This document shows positions 10,343-19,667 of a DNA stretch of 23,741 bases, one piece after another. The stretch comes from Armatimonadota bacterium (GTDB taxonomy: Bacteria; Armatimonadota; UBA5829; DTLH01), in the NCBI GenBank assembly GCA_038207085.1, contig JBBRAE010000040.1, positions 1 to 23,741 on the forward strand, in the 5' to 3' direction. A program made the position numbers and the translations under genes. Numbering within the stretch: the first letter of the stretch is position 1; each line of letters opens with the position of its first letter. The notes under the pieces are model-generated. The model did no database searches and was not told the DNA's origin. It was given only the letters and a program-made list of their open reading frames with translations.

Positions 10343-10392
10343 GTTGGTCGGGGGAATCCGTCCCCCGACCCCGTTCCGCGGATTCCATCCGC
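10343..10392 (+). repeat. 50-bp double-hairpin repeat, copy 1
   Basis: GGTCGGGGGA-atccg-TCCCCCGACC plus GCGGAT-tcc-ATCCGC; 48/50 identical to 19453-19502. Confidence 0.8.
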
Positions 10393-10521
10393 AGACTCAA
10401 TGATCGATTACCGCGAGTTCAGCGAGAATTCCTGCCAAGTCAGCCGAACATCGCATTACCAATAGATAGATTTCTATGCTTCGCCCTCGCTTTGTTGGGC
10501 CGAAGCGCTCAGCGACAGCAC

Positions 10522-11967
10522 TCACAAAATATACCGACTAAGATCCTCGTCCTTAACAATATCCTCAAGCTGCCCCCGCACGTAGGCTTCGTCGACGATG
10601 ATGTGCTTCTCCACGTCCGGCGCATCAAAAGAGACATCCTCAAGGAGGCGCTCAAGAACCGTCTGGAGCCGCCGCGCGCCGATGTTCTCCATTCGGGAGT
10701 TCACATCAGCCGCAATTTTCGCAATCTCTCGCACCGCGCCGTCCGTGAACTCAAGGGTGATCCCTTCGGTCTCAAGAAGCGCTATGTACTGCTTCACAAG
10801 CGCGTTCTTGGGCTCGGTCAGAATACGAACGAAGTCCTGTTCGTTCAGATTATCAAGCTCAACCCGGATCGGAAGCCGCCCCTGAAGCTCCGGGATCAAA
10901 TCCGATGGCTTCGACACATGAAACGCCCCCGCCGCAATAAACAGCACGTGATTGGTGCTAACCGGCCCATACTTGGTGATGATGGTCGAGCCCTCGATAA
11001 TCGGCAGAATATCCCTCTGCACCCCTTCGCGCGACACCTGCGGGCCTCCGCCGTCCCCTCCCCGCTCGCGCCCGGCGATCTTATCGAGCTCATCGACGAA
11101 TATAATCCCCGACTGCTCCGCCCGCTCGACCGCATCCCGGTTCACCTGATCCTGGTCGATCATCTCCCGCGCCGCCTCGTCTGCAAGCAACTGTTTTGCC
11201 TCAGCGACGGTGACTTTTCGGGTCTTTTTCTTCTTCGGCATCATACTTCCGAGCATCCCCGGCAGGTCGACCCCCATCTCCTCCATCCCCTGCTGGGTAA
11301 ACACCTGCATAAATGGGCTGGAACTCTCCTCGACCTCAATCTCAACATCGCGCTCGTCAAGGACCCCCTGAACAAGCTGCTCGCGAAGCTTGGCCCGTAT
11401 CCTCTGCTTACGCTCAGCAGCGGTGCGAAAGTCCTCGTCCTCATCAGGCTCAACCGTCTCCGAAGGTACCGTCTCCTCGCTCTTGCCCCCGAACATGCCG
11501 CTAAAGGCCTCCATCCAAGGCTGACGAGTCTCCCGGTGACGGCGCGTAGGCGGCTCGATGATATCAAGAATCCGATCAATCGCCCGCTCCATAGCAGGCC
11601 CCCGCACTTCCTCGATTCGCTCCTGCTCGATCATCCGCACAGCCACCTGCACAAGGTCGCGCACCATCGAGTCGACATCCCGCCCGACGTAGCCAACCTC
11701 CGTAAACTTGGTCGCTTCGACCTTAACAAACGGCGCAGCAGTAAGATTGGCGAGCCTGCGAGCGATCTCCGTCTTGCCGACGCCCGTCGGCCCGATCATA
11801 AGAATATTCTTGGGAATAACCTCATCGCGCAGGTCTCCGGCGAGCATTTTGCGCCTGTAGCGGTTCCGAAGGGCGACCGCCACGGCCTTTTTCGCCTTGT
11901 TCTGCCCGACAATATACTTATCAAGCTCTTCAACAATTCGCTTTGGTGTAAGGCTATCAAGTTCCAT
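10522..11967 (-). CDS. hslU: ATP-dependent protease ATPase subunit HslU (ClpY)
   Basis: Motifs [43 protein letters not shown] and GVQRDILP. Confidence 0.98.
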   Translation of the reverse strand: MELDSLTPKRIVEELDKYIVGQNKAKKAVAVALRNRYRRKMLAGDLRDEVIPKNILMIGPTGVGKTEIARRLANLTAAPFVKVEATKFTEVGYVGRDVDSMVRDLVQVAVRMIEQERIEEVRGPAMERAIDRILDIIEPPTRRHRETRQPWMEAFSGMFGGKSEETVPSETVEPDEDEDFRTAAERKQRIRAKLREQLVQGVLDERDVEIEVEESSSPFMQVFTQQGMEEMGVDLPGMLGSMMPKKKKTRKVTVAEAKQLLADEAAREMIDQDQVNRDAVERAEQSGIIFVDELDKIAGRERGGDGGGPQVSREGVQRDILPIIEGSTIITKYGPVSTNHVLFIAAGAFHVSKPSDLIPELQGRLPIRVELDNLNEQDFVRILTEPKNALVKQYIALLETEGITLEFTDGAVREIAKIAADVNSRMENIGARRLQTVLERLLEDVSFDAPDVEKHIIVDEAYVRGQLEDIVKDEDLSRYIL

Positions 11968-11979
11968 AATATGAGTGCC

Positions 11980-12510
11980 CTAAACTTCCTCAATCGTTAT
12001 ATGGTCATTTGTATATACACAAATCCCCGCAGCTATACGCAGTGAGCGGTCGACGATCTCCCGAGCCGACATCTCTGTGTTCTGAACGAGCGCCTGAGCC
12101 GCCGCAAGCGCAAATCCCCCACCCGACCCGATCGCCGCAACGCCCTCATCCGGCTCAATCACCTCACCGCTCCCCGACAAGACCATCAAATACTCAGGGT
12201 CAGCGACGATCATCAACGCCTCAAGCCGCCTCAGGATCCTATCAGTCCGCCATTCCTTGGCAAACTCGACAAGCGCGCGCCGAGTGTTTCCGTGCGACTC
12301 ATCGAGCTTCACCTCAAACTTATCCATCAGTGTCTGAGCGTCAGCGACGGCCCCAGCGAACCCGACGACCACCTTGTCGTGATAGATCCGCCGGACTTTG
12401 CGCGCCGTCCCCTTCATAATGGTGTTTTCCATCGTAACCTGACCATCCCCGCCGACTGCGATCTTTCCGTCCCGCTTGACCGCGACGATGGTAGTTCCAT
12501 GCATCTTCAC
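11980..12510 (-). CDS. hslV: ATP-dependent protease peptidase subunit HslV (ClpQ)
   Basis: Motifs HGTTIVAV, GDGQVT, GFAG, WRTDRILRRLEA, AIGSGG and ICVYTN. The GTG start overlaps the xerC stop. Confidence 0.97.
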   Translation of the reverse strand: MKMHGTTIVAVKRDGKIAVGGDGQVTMENTIMKGTARKVRRIYHDKVVVGFAGAVADAQTLMDKFEVKLDESHGNTRRALVEFAKEWRTDRILRRLEALMIVADPEYLMVLSGSGEVIEPDEGVAAIGSGGGFALAAAQALVQNTEMSAREIVDRSLRIAAGICVYTNDHITIEEV

Positions 12511-13409
12511 TTGTCGACCTCCTCGGTCCTAGCCCGCGGGTGGGCTTTGTCGTAGACCTCTTTCAGCCGTTCCCGCGTTACGTGAGTATAAATCTGAGTA
12601 GTAGCCGCGCTTTCGTGCCCCAAGAGCTCCTGCACCGCCCGAAGATCGGCCCCACCGGCCAGCAGATGCGTCGCAAAGGTGTGTCGCAACGTATGCGGGC
12701 TGATCTTGAGCGAGTCCGACACCTGCTCCACGTAGTGATCGACGATCCTCCCCACACTCCGAGTCGTAAGCCGCCCGCCCCGGTGGTTCAGAAATAGCGC
12801 ATCGGTGTGGGTCTTGCCATTTGCCTCAAGCTTACCCCGAGCATGCGAGAGATACTCCCCGATCGCCTCGCGCGCAGCCCGCCCAAGCAGCACAATCCTC
12901 TCCTTGGAGCCCTTTCCAACCGTCCGAAGCTCGTCCGACCCGTCGATATCCCCCACATCGAGCGACACAAGCTCACTTACTCGAAGCCCGGATGCATAAA
13001 GCGTCTCCAAAATAGCACGATCCCGCGCCCCAAGCGGCTCTTTCGCATCAGGCGACGAGAGCAGCGCCTCCACCTGCTCGCCCCGAAGAAACTTCGGCAG
13101 CTTCTTATCCCGCCGAGGCGCAACAACGCTCACCATCGGGTCATCTTCGAGCAGTTCCATCCGAACGAGGTATTTAAAAAACGCCCGAAGCGCCGCGACT
13201 TTCCTCGCAACCGACGTCCGAGCGATCCCCTCCTTCTGCAGATGAGCCAGGAACCTGCGCACCAGTGGATAGTCGAACATATCCACCTTGGCCTCCCGCG
13301 CAAACTCCAGAAACTGCACGATATCGCTCGAATAGCTTCTGACAGTGTGCGGCGACGCCCGTTTGACGATCCTCAAGTGATCGATAAATAGATCGAGTTC
13401 CCTCTCCAT
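12507..13409 (-). CDS. xerC: Tyrosine recombinase XerC
   Basis: Catalytic R (GLRVSE), K (GKGSKER), HTLRH, LLGH and TQIY. It sits upstream of hslVU as in the codV-codW-codX arrangement. Confidence 0.88.
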   Translation of the reverse strand: MERELDLFIDHLRIVKRASPHTVRSYSSDIVQFLEFAREAKVDMFDYPLVRRFLAHLQKEGIARTSVARKVAALRAFFKYLVRMELLEDDPMVSVVAPRRDKKLPKFLRGEQVEALLSSPDAKEPLGARDRAILETLYASGLRVSELVSLDVGDIDGSDELRTVGKGSKERIVLLGRAAREAIGEYLSHARGKLEANGKTHTDALFLNHRGGRLTTRSVGRIVDHYVEQVSDSLKISPHTLRHTFATHLLAGGADLRAVQELLGHESAATTQIYTHVTRERLKEVYDKAHPRARTEEVDK

Positions 13410-13443
13410 ATCGGCCCGATTGTAGCACGGCCTCTGCTGACGG

Positions 13444-14481
13444 TCAAGCAGTTCGAGCCTCCACAGCCTGCATATTGACTATATTCGCCGGCGTCCCTTC
13501 GCCAAAGAGTCTGACAGAGTCAAGCGTCGTCTCCATAATCCGCTCCTCGGCCTCAACGCTAAAGAACCCGATGTGCGGCGTGATGATCACGTTATCCCGA
13601 TGCAAGAGCGCATAGTTCTGCACTATAGTCCGAAGCTTCTCGACCGGCACAGAGTCTGCCATAAGCTGCGCCTCTTCTTTGATCGACTCCTCGCCCTCAA
13701 GCACATCGAGCCCCGCGCCGACGATGATCCCTTCGTTCAAAGCCACCACAAGCGCACTGGTGTCTACCACCCCGCCCCGAGCCGTGTTGATCAGAATCGC
13801 CCCGCGCTTGATCATCTTGATCGTATCGTGATTGATGAGGTGATAAGTCTGAGGAATAAGCGGCACGTGAAGCGATATCACATCCGACTTGGAGAGAAGC
13901 TCTTCAAGCGAGACATACCGGTACCCAAGCACTTCGGCCAAAAGTTGCTGCTCGCGCGCGTCGTAGGCGACCACATCCATCCCAAAGCCCTTGCCGATGC
14001 GAATGACGTGCATCCCAATCGCCCCCGCGCCGATCACCCCTAGCGTCTTCCCCTTGAGATCAAACCCCCGAAGCCCTTCAGTAGAAAAATCCATCCGAGA
14101 AGTGTGCACAACAGCCTGATAAATCTTCCTAGAAAGCGCAAGGATCAGCCCAAATGCGTGCTCGGCGACGGTATTTTCCCCGTACCGCGGCACGTTGGCG
14201 ACCATAATCCCCCTCTCAGCGCACTCTCCAATATCGATGTGATCGTACCCGGTAGAGCGAGTCGCGACCATCTTCAGGTTCGGCATAGCATCCAGCACCT
14301 CGCGTCCCACTTCAGAATATATGAAAACCGTCACAATCTCCGCATCCGCCGCAAGCTTCGCCGTATCAGCATTCAGAGGCTCATTAATCACCCGCACCTT
14401 GTTAAGCAGGTCATGCATCTTTAGAAACTCGATCCCCCACTCCTCCATCTCAAAGAAAACTACTTTTTTGTTATCAGCCAA
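13444..14481 (-). CDS. D-isomer-specific 2-hydroxyacid dehydrogenase (D-lactate dehydrogenase-like)
   Basis: Motifs TRSTGYDHID, NVPRYGENTVAEH, GAGAIG, INTARG, GLDVLE.E and TPHIGF. TTG start with GAGG RBS. Confidence 0.92.
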   Translation of the reverse strand: MADNKKVVFFEMEEWGIEFLKMHDLLNKVRVINEPLNADTAKLAADAEIVTVFIYSEVGREVLDAMPNLKMVATRSTGYDHIDIGECAERGIMVANVPRYGENTVAEHAFGLILALSRKIYQAVVHTSRMDFSTEGLRGFDLKGKTLGVIGAGAIGMHVIRIGKGFGMDVVAYDAREQQLLAEVLGYRYVSLEELLSKSDVISLHVPLIPQTYHLINHDTIKMIKRGAILINTARGGVVDTSALVVALNEGIIVGAGLDVLEGEESIKEEAQLMADSVPVEKLRTIVQNYALLHRDNVIITPHIGFFSVEAEERIMETTLDSVRLFGEGTPANIVNMQAVEARTA

Positions 14482-14559
14482 TTATCCTACCTCATCGATT
14501 ATAGTCCACATGAGAATATATACCCGACTTCCAAGTGTTAGCGGGCATGATAGTCTGAA

Positions 14560-14810
14560 TCAGTATTCTACAACCTGCTGAGTAAGCCCTCCGTCGATAA
14601 CAATCGTCGCCCCTTAATGTACTCCGACGCCAAGTACACCGCGATCGCCCCCGGTGCTATCCCGTTCACCCGTATATTGTAAGGCGCAAGTTCGACCGAA
14701 AGCGTCTTGTCCCAGTCTTCGGGAGTGAGCAGAGGACACGGCTTCTCAATCTGCATCCCAGCGTTGTTGGCGAGTACGTCGACCCTTCCAAGCTCCGACA
14801 CAGCCCATTC
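14560..14810 (-). pseudogene. Short-chain dehydrogenase/reductase remnant with multiple internal deletions and a frameshift
   Basis: GRVDVLANNAG...EDWDKTL|SVELAPYNIRVNGIAPGAI|AVYLAS|EYI, then after a 1-nt shift GATIVIDGGLTQQVVEY*. The TGxxxGIG and YxxxK motifs are missing. Confidence 0.8.
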
Positions 14811-17353
14811 TAAGGCTTCTTCACCCCATTCGGTTTAAACTCCGTCGGGCTGAACACAACCGCATCGATCCCAAGCCTGTAGGTGTTCCCGCCGCCGGGA
14901 CCGTCCACCCTGAACTGCACAAGATGCGTCCCGCGCACGAGATTTACCGACCCGATCATATACCATGCAAAGTCATCGGCGTATGTGTCGGCGCCTGAGG
15001 TCAAAACCGCGCTCTGCCAGGGCCCATTGTCCACCGAAAAGCTAAACGGCGACGTCCCGAGTTCGGCCGCGGTGCAGGCGATCCAAATCTGGTGCGTCGC
15101 CTCCTTGGTGGCAGGGAAGTAGTAGGCTGCGGCATAGTTGCTCATCGGGGGCGCGGACGGAGTGTCAAGCGCAAGATAGGCCCCGAGACTGGCTCCAAGC
15201 GACGACTGAACGCCATCGAAGTTGCTCGAAACCGCGCTCTCCCCTTCTATCCAGGCATATATCCCGATGTCTTTGTATAGCTCCTGAGACATAGTCGTCG
15301 CAATATCAAACGCCACCCGTGAGCGCCCGTTCTTCAGCACCTCGCGAGCGTTCTTGACCGACTGATCCGACGGCGCAGACGTGCTGTTCGACGCCTTCGC
15401 CCGGGCAATAGCGCCATCGAGTTTCTTGATCGCCGCCTCAGCGAACTCAACAGGAAACGCCTGAATCGGGTCAAGCCCTGTTATGACCACCGGAGACGCC
15501 CCAAGCGTAAGCACAGCCGTCTTCTTCTTAGTGTTGACCACCATTATACCGTTAGGATCCTGAGAATAAGCGACCTTCGGATCTCCTCGGTCGAGCAGCG
15601 GAAAAGTGAGCGTAACCGGCCCCGACCTGCTCCACATACAGAGCCCGTCAAGCCCAGCGAGGTAGTAAGCTCCAACCGTATCTGAAAAATCAACGCGTGC
15701 CCCCGTCCGAAGACTCGGAATCCACCAAGCCCCCGGCCCAAGCCTCGTCACAGTCGCGCCAACAACCGGCTGAACGGGATAATATACCACATACGGCGTG
15801 TAATCCGCCCGGTTAGCACTCTGAAACCTCGTCTTGAAACTCGCTAACCAATCGATCTGCTCCGGCGCCTTGAGTAGGGAATGAGCGTCCCCCGTCTCCT
15901 CAGGCAGCATCTGCAGCGCCCGCACAAACAGTCCCTTCGCGCCGATCTCCCGCAGGTAGTCGAGATCACCGAGCATACTGTTCGACGATGGATACCCCGG
16001 AGCATCGTCACCGTTCATCCGGTCATCCTCGGTGTCTGTAACGATAAGCCACATCGACCGCGCCGACTCCTCAGCAAGCGAATACGCCGGCCCTGCCGAA
16101 TTGACGACCAATCCCCCCCCGTGCCCAAACGCCTCGATCCCAAGCCCGTCAAAACCACCGCGAGACAACGAGTTTGCATATACTCTATGATGGCTACCGG
16201 CCTTGTAGACAACCGGCACATTGGCCGCGTGCCGCTTCAGGATATCCCCAGCCGCGTTCATGTAATTCTGCGCCGATGAGTCCCTGAAGGAGATGATGTC
16301 ATTCCACACCTTGCTCATCCCCGAGTCAACATCGTAGCGTCGGCCGTTCGCCCTGTCAAAGAGCGCGGGCACACCTTTGGAGCCCCGCCAAAGTGGAATC
16401 AGCCTCGCCGCCTGCTGGAACGATGTAATATCGTTGTTCTTCAGCGCCCAGGCCGAGTTGATGCTCCCAACTGACATATATTTCTTCGCGATATATGCCT
16501 CATACTCAATCCTGAAGTCCGCCGAGTCCGGCACAAGTGTCTCCATCTCCCCATGAAAATCCATCTTGCTCGATAACGGGTCGACAAAGAACCGAAGCCC
16601 CTTTCCAAACGCAATCTCTCCGACGAACTTAACTAGCCTGTCCCTATACTCATCAAACCCGGTCCAAGGGTCTCCAATCCCTGCATTTGCGAACTCTTTC
16701 TTTGGATAAAGCAGCAGCACCCCGGTCTGGTCCGACTGCGCCCGAACGTTCACTGCCACCTTGTCATCGCTCACCATCGCCCCACCGCTTGAGAGCACCG
16801 CCCCGTTCGCCGCGCTGCAAAGCAACCACATCCCACTTGTCACGTCTGGGATACTAAACGAAAGCTTCGCGTCCTTGACAATATCGGGATACCTGTAGCG
16901 AGTGGGTTCGATGACATACCCCGAAAGCGGAGCCTTCGGTCCATCTGAGAAATCGATCCCATAGGTAAACCCGTTTGCGTCAAGATAATCGAGCAGCTTC
17001 TGCCATGCCTCAGGTTTGGTGAATGTGATCGGCCCAACAGCTTTTAAGAGCAGATCGGTTATCCCCTTGCCCTTGATAAGCTCCAGCGCCTTCTGATCCG
17101 CCTGCCAATTCGTCTCAGTCTGATCGGTGCAGATGTAGCGTGAATAGAACACTCCTCCGACCGGCAGATACGGTTTCCCGTCCCATATCAGCGTATGCGC
17201 CCCGTTCACCTTCCAAGAATGAAGCGAACCATCCCTGTCGGTAAAGTCACCCGTAGACACGAGTTTGACGATTGAATTTGAAACCGCAAACGCCGGCACA
17301 GCGATAACTGCACCCACGAATAAGACAGCGAGGATAATTTGAAAGACGCGCAT
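14810..17353 (-). CDS. Large secreted protein, possibly a glycoside-hydrolase-like TIM barrel with C-terminal beta-sandwich
   Basis: 847-aa ORF with a signal peptide (MRVFQIILAVLFVGAVIAVPAFA). 'WDGKPYLPVG' and 'KKYMSVGSINSAW' resemble GH42-like segments, and the C-terminal 'WIEGES...G.H.VQF...IDAVVF' is CBM-like. Confidence 0.6.
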   Translation of the reverse strand: MRVFQIILAVLFVGAVIAVPAFAVSNSIVKLVSTGDFTDRDGSLHSWKVNGAHTLIWDGKPYLPVGGVFYSRYICTDQTETNWQADQKALELIKGKGITDLLLKAVGPITFTKPEAWQKLLDYLDANGFTYGIDFSDGPKAPLSGYVIEPTRYRYPDIVKDAKLSFSIPDVTSGMWLLCSAANGAVLSSGGAMVSDDKVAVNVRAQSDQTGVLLLYPKKEFANAGIGDPWTGFDEYRDRLVKFVGEIAFGKGLRFFVDPLSSKMDFHGEMETLVPDSADFRIEYEAYIAKKYMSVGSINSAWALKNNDITSFQQAARLIPLWRGSKGVPALFDRANGRRYDVDSGMSKVWNDIISFRDSSAQNYMNAAGDILKRHAANVPVVYKAGSHHRVYANSLSRGGFDGLGIEAFGHGGGLVVNSAGPAYSLAEESARSMWLIVTDTEDDRMNGDDAPGYPSSNSMLGDLDYLREIGAKGLFVRALQMLPEETGDAHSLLKAPEQIDWLASFKTRFQSANRADYTPYVVYYPVQPVVGATVTRLGPGAWWIPSLRTGARVDFSDTVGAYYLAGLDGLCMWSRSGPVTLTFPLLDRGDPKVAYSQDPNGIMVVNTKKKTAVLTLGASPVVITGLDPIQAFPVEFAEAAIKKLDGAIARAKASNSTSAPSDQSVKNAREVLKNGRSRVAFDIATTMSQELYKDIGIYAWIEGESAVSSNFDGVQSSLGASLGAYLALDTPSAPPMSNYAAAYYFPATKEATHQIWIACTAAELGTSPFSFSVDNGPWQSAVLTSGADTYADDFAWYMIGSVNLVRGTHLVQFRVDGPGGGNTYRLGIDAVVFSPTEFKPNGVKKP

Positions 17354-17473
17354 CAGTCAATCCTTTCGGTCGGAAATGCAAATAGACTCATCTGTGTAGA
17401 CGGCACATACCATACAAAAAGTTCCAGCGACAGAGCTTGTGGCCGGTCACACACTATAAATTATACACCCTAA

Positions 17474-17546
17474 CCCGAATTATTCACGCTTCTCGTGAAT
17501 AATGCTCTGTTAGCGAGAGCTGTATTCGCTTCACGAATAAAGCGGG
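17474..17546. mobile_element. 73-bp MITE-like element, copy 1
   Basis: Ends CCCGAATTATTC / GAATAAAGCGGG, flanked on both sides by CTAA, with two internal hairpins; second copy at 20917. Confidence 0.7.
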
Positions 17547-17691
17547 CTAAGTGGTCCTACTGCTGATCCGTAAGCGAAATCGCTCCTAAAGTCCGCCTGT
17601 CTTGCCCATATACCGTTTAGTCCTATCACTGCCTTGGGTAACCAAATGTTGACTGTGAATTGAGCGAATTACCTGTAGGAGTGTGACTACA

Positions 17692-17937
17692 ATGGATAGG
17701 TTGAAGAGACTCCTTGAACCCGAGAATGTAGTTCAGACGGCGCGAAGCGAAGTAGACGAGCTTCCGCTTCCGGTCGCTCTGGACTGGGATGTGCTGGTAG
17801 CCGACGCGGGCAAGATGGCAGATGTGATTGACCGTCATCTTGATTTTGAGAGCAAGCTTCAGGGAAGAGAGCTTCGCCCAGTGACACTTTGTCCGGAGCA
17901 GCGGACAAGCCTTGTGAGCGATCTTTCGACTCTATAG
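17692..17937 (+). CDS. Hypothetical small protein
   Basis: AGGAG at 17677-17681 precedes ATG 17692; helical, charged 81-aa ORF. Confidence 0.5.
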   Translation: MDRLKRLLEPENVVQTARSEVDELPLPVALDWDVLVADAGKMADVIDRHLDFESKLQGRELRPVTLCPEQRTSLVSDLSTL

Positions 17938-17953
17938 CAACTGAGATGACAAG

Positions 17954-18268
17954 ATGAAAAAGCTGTTCCCTGACGCTCCGGACGTTCCACAGGGTGTGGC
18001 GAACCGGGGCGTCCGGATAATTGAAAAGCACCTGCGGATGCAACGTGCCGAGCGGGCAAAAGACCTGCCCGAGGAGGCCAAAGTCCGGCTCCTGCGCGAC
18101 CTGCGAGAGTTCTTCGACGCCGAGACGAAGTCAAAAGGCGGTGAGGGCCCAGGTTCATGCAAGAGGGGGCTATGGGCGCGTTTATGGGAGAAGGTCGAAA
18201 GCTTCCTGAGCTTCAACTGGATAGACAACACCTCCTCCACCATCATCCGCCCAACCCCCGGAGTGTGA
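17954..18268 (+). CDS. Hypothetical small protein
   Basis: 104-aa ORF with coding-like GC3, 16 nt after the previous ORF and followed by a hairpin. Confidence 0.5.
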   Translation: MKKLFPDAPDVPQGVANRGVRIIEKHLRMQRAERAKDLPEEAKVRLLRDLREFFDAETKSKGGEGPGSCKRGLWARLWEKVESFLSFNWIDNTSSTIIRPTPGV

Positions 18269-18290
18269 TGCGTTCACGCAGACTGTATCT

Positions 18291-18324
18291 TGGAGAGATG
18301 GCGTTTGTTTGCACCATCTCTCCA
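18291..18324. terminator. Hairpin between convergent genes
   Basis: TGGAGAGATGG-N12-CCATCTCTCCA. Confidence 0.55.
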
Positions 18325-18339
18325 GACGCCAACGCCACC

Positions 18340-19416
18340 CTACCGCCAGGCAGCAACTTTGGCAACAACAGCCTCGGCAGCCTCTTCATTCCCCGCCCCA
18401 CAGACCATTAGCCAAACGCCCTCTGGCTGAAGACTCTCCATAACCACATCGAGCTCACTTATGTCACAGAGCACCTGAATACCCTTCCCTGCGTCCTGAA
18501 TCTTCTTGAAAACGTGCAGCCAATCCGTAGTCGTTCCGTTCCCGGACCCATATACCCACTGAATCGCATTCAGCTCCGGGATATCAAGCAGGCTATCAAG
18601 ATGCCTAAGCGCACCCGGTCCATCGAGGTGATAGATCGACGCCTCCAAATGCCTACACTCTTCGGCAATCCCCGCCAAAAATACCTCGTCGAACATCTCC
18701 TTGCTTATCATACAAGAGAAGTCATTTGACGGGACATACCACCTCTTTGACGACACAATCCCAGACCAGTTGCTGATAGCCTGCCCTGCCGACATAAGCT
18801 TGTCTGCATAACAATCAAACACCCTGAAGAACCCGTCGGTCACAACCCGAAGCATCGCCTTCACGTCATCTGCCGAATCGATCATATCCATATTGAGCCG
18901 CACAGGGTCTCTAAACGCCGCAATCGCGTCTCCTCCGGGATGAAGATCGGTAACGCCTGTATAGAACTTCCCCCGTCCGATCTCAAGACACGCGTCCGTG
19001 ATCTCCAGAAGCTTCTTCCAGTAGAAGTTATCCTCAGAGAACCTCACGTGAGCGATATCGCTCCAATCCTCGATAATCGGCTCAGACCAGCTCGTACTCT
19101 CACCAAACCCAAGTTCGCACCCAAAGAACGCGCTGAAGACCTCCGGGCCAAGGTTTGGGTTATAGACCGGCAAAGCGTCCCCGAAACATGCCACCGACAT
19201 AGCCCCCGCGAGCGCACGCTCCGCGACGTACTCGGCATCGAGCCATGCCTCCCGCACGTCCGCCTTAGCCGGGGGCCAGGGATAATCCGTGTCCTCCCGA
19301 TATACAACCACGCTGACGACCGGCCGATCGATAATCTCTCTATGCCAGAAAGCATCCTGTCGCTTGATCCGACTCTCCCAATCGTCATACCGCTCGATAG
19401 GTATAATACTCTGCAT
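18340..19416 (-). CDS. Uroporphyrinogen decarboxylase/methyltransferase (URO-D/CIMS)-superfamily protein
   Basis: Motifs AFW.....DRP, PNLGP, DFSCMIS..MF.E.F, YHLDGPGA..HL..LL.I..L..IQW and IQ.AGK. AGGAG RBS. Confidence 0.75.
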   Translation of the reverse strand: MQSIIPIERYDDWESRIKRQDAFWHREIIDRPVVSVVVYREDTDYPWPPAKADVREAWLDAEYVAERALAGAMSVACFGDALPVYNPNLGPEVFSAFFGCELGFGESTSWSEPIIEDWSDIAHVRFSEDNFYWKKLLEITDACLEIGRGKFYTGVTDLHPGGDAIAAFRDPVRLNMDMIDSADDVKAMLRVVTDGFFRVFDCYADKLMSAGQAISNWSGIVSSKRWYVPSNDFSCMISKEMFDEVFLAGIAEECRHLEASIYHLDGPGALRHLDSLLDIPELNAIQWVYGSGNGTTTDWLHVFKKIQDAGKGIQVLCDISELDVVMESLQPEGVWLMVCGAGNEEAAEAVVAKVAAWR

Positions 19417-19452
19417 CAACTCGTCTCCTATTCCCTGATGTTAATCGTCTCG

Positions 19453-19502
19453 GTTGGTCGGCGGAATCCGTCCCCCGACCCCGTTCCGCGGACTCCATCC
19501 GC
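19453..19502 (+). repeat. 50-bp double-hairpin repeat, copy 2
   Basis: Near-identical to 10343-10392. Confidence 0.8.
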
Positions 19503-19524
19503 CCGAAAACTAACCGGCAACAAC

Positions 19525-19550
19525 GTAGGGGCGGACCAGTGTGTCCGCCC
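19525..19550 (+). repeat. GTAG-type REP element, copy 3
   Basis: GTAGGGGCGGACCAGTGTGTCCGCCC, 25/26 identical to copy 1. Confidence 0.8.
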
Positions 19551-19667
19551 TCCCCCCGACTGCGGCAAATACGCCACCAACTGATAGATACCCTGTCACC
19601 GTGGCAAGAGCCTTCACTATCGTTCAGGATGACAGTTTGGTGAGCCCGATCATTCGCGATTCAAAAA

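Noticed and set aside
10492..12045. 517-aa plus-strand ORF
   Set aside because: Antisense shadow of hslU caused by codon bias; no RBS or recognisable motifs.
12507..13409. Tyrosine recombinase as an integrase of a prophage or island
   Set aside because: It is coupled to hslVU in the housekeeping cod-type arrangement, with no phage or att context.
14503..14530. Weak dif-like sequence (minus strand AAGTCGGGTAT-ATATTC-TCATGTGGACT) upstream of the dehydrogenase-xerC cluster
   Set aside because: Both arms deviate from the dif consensus, and it is equally explained as a promoter -10 region.
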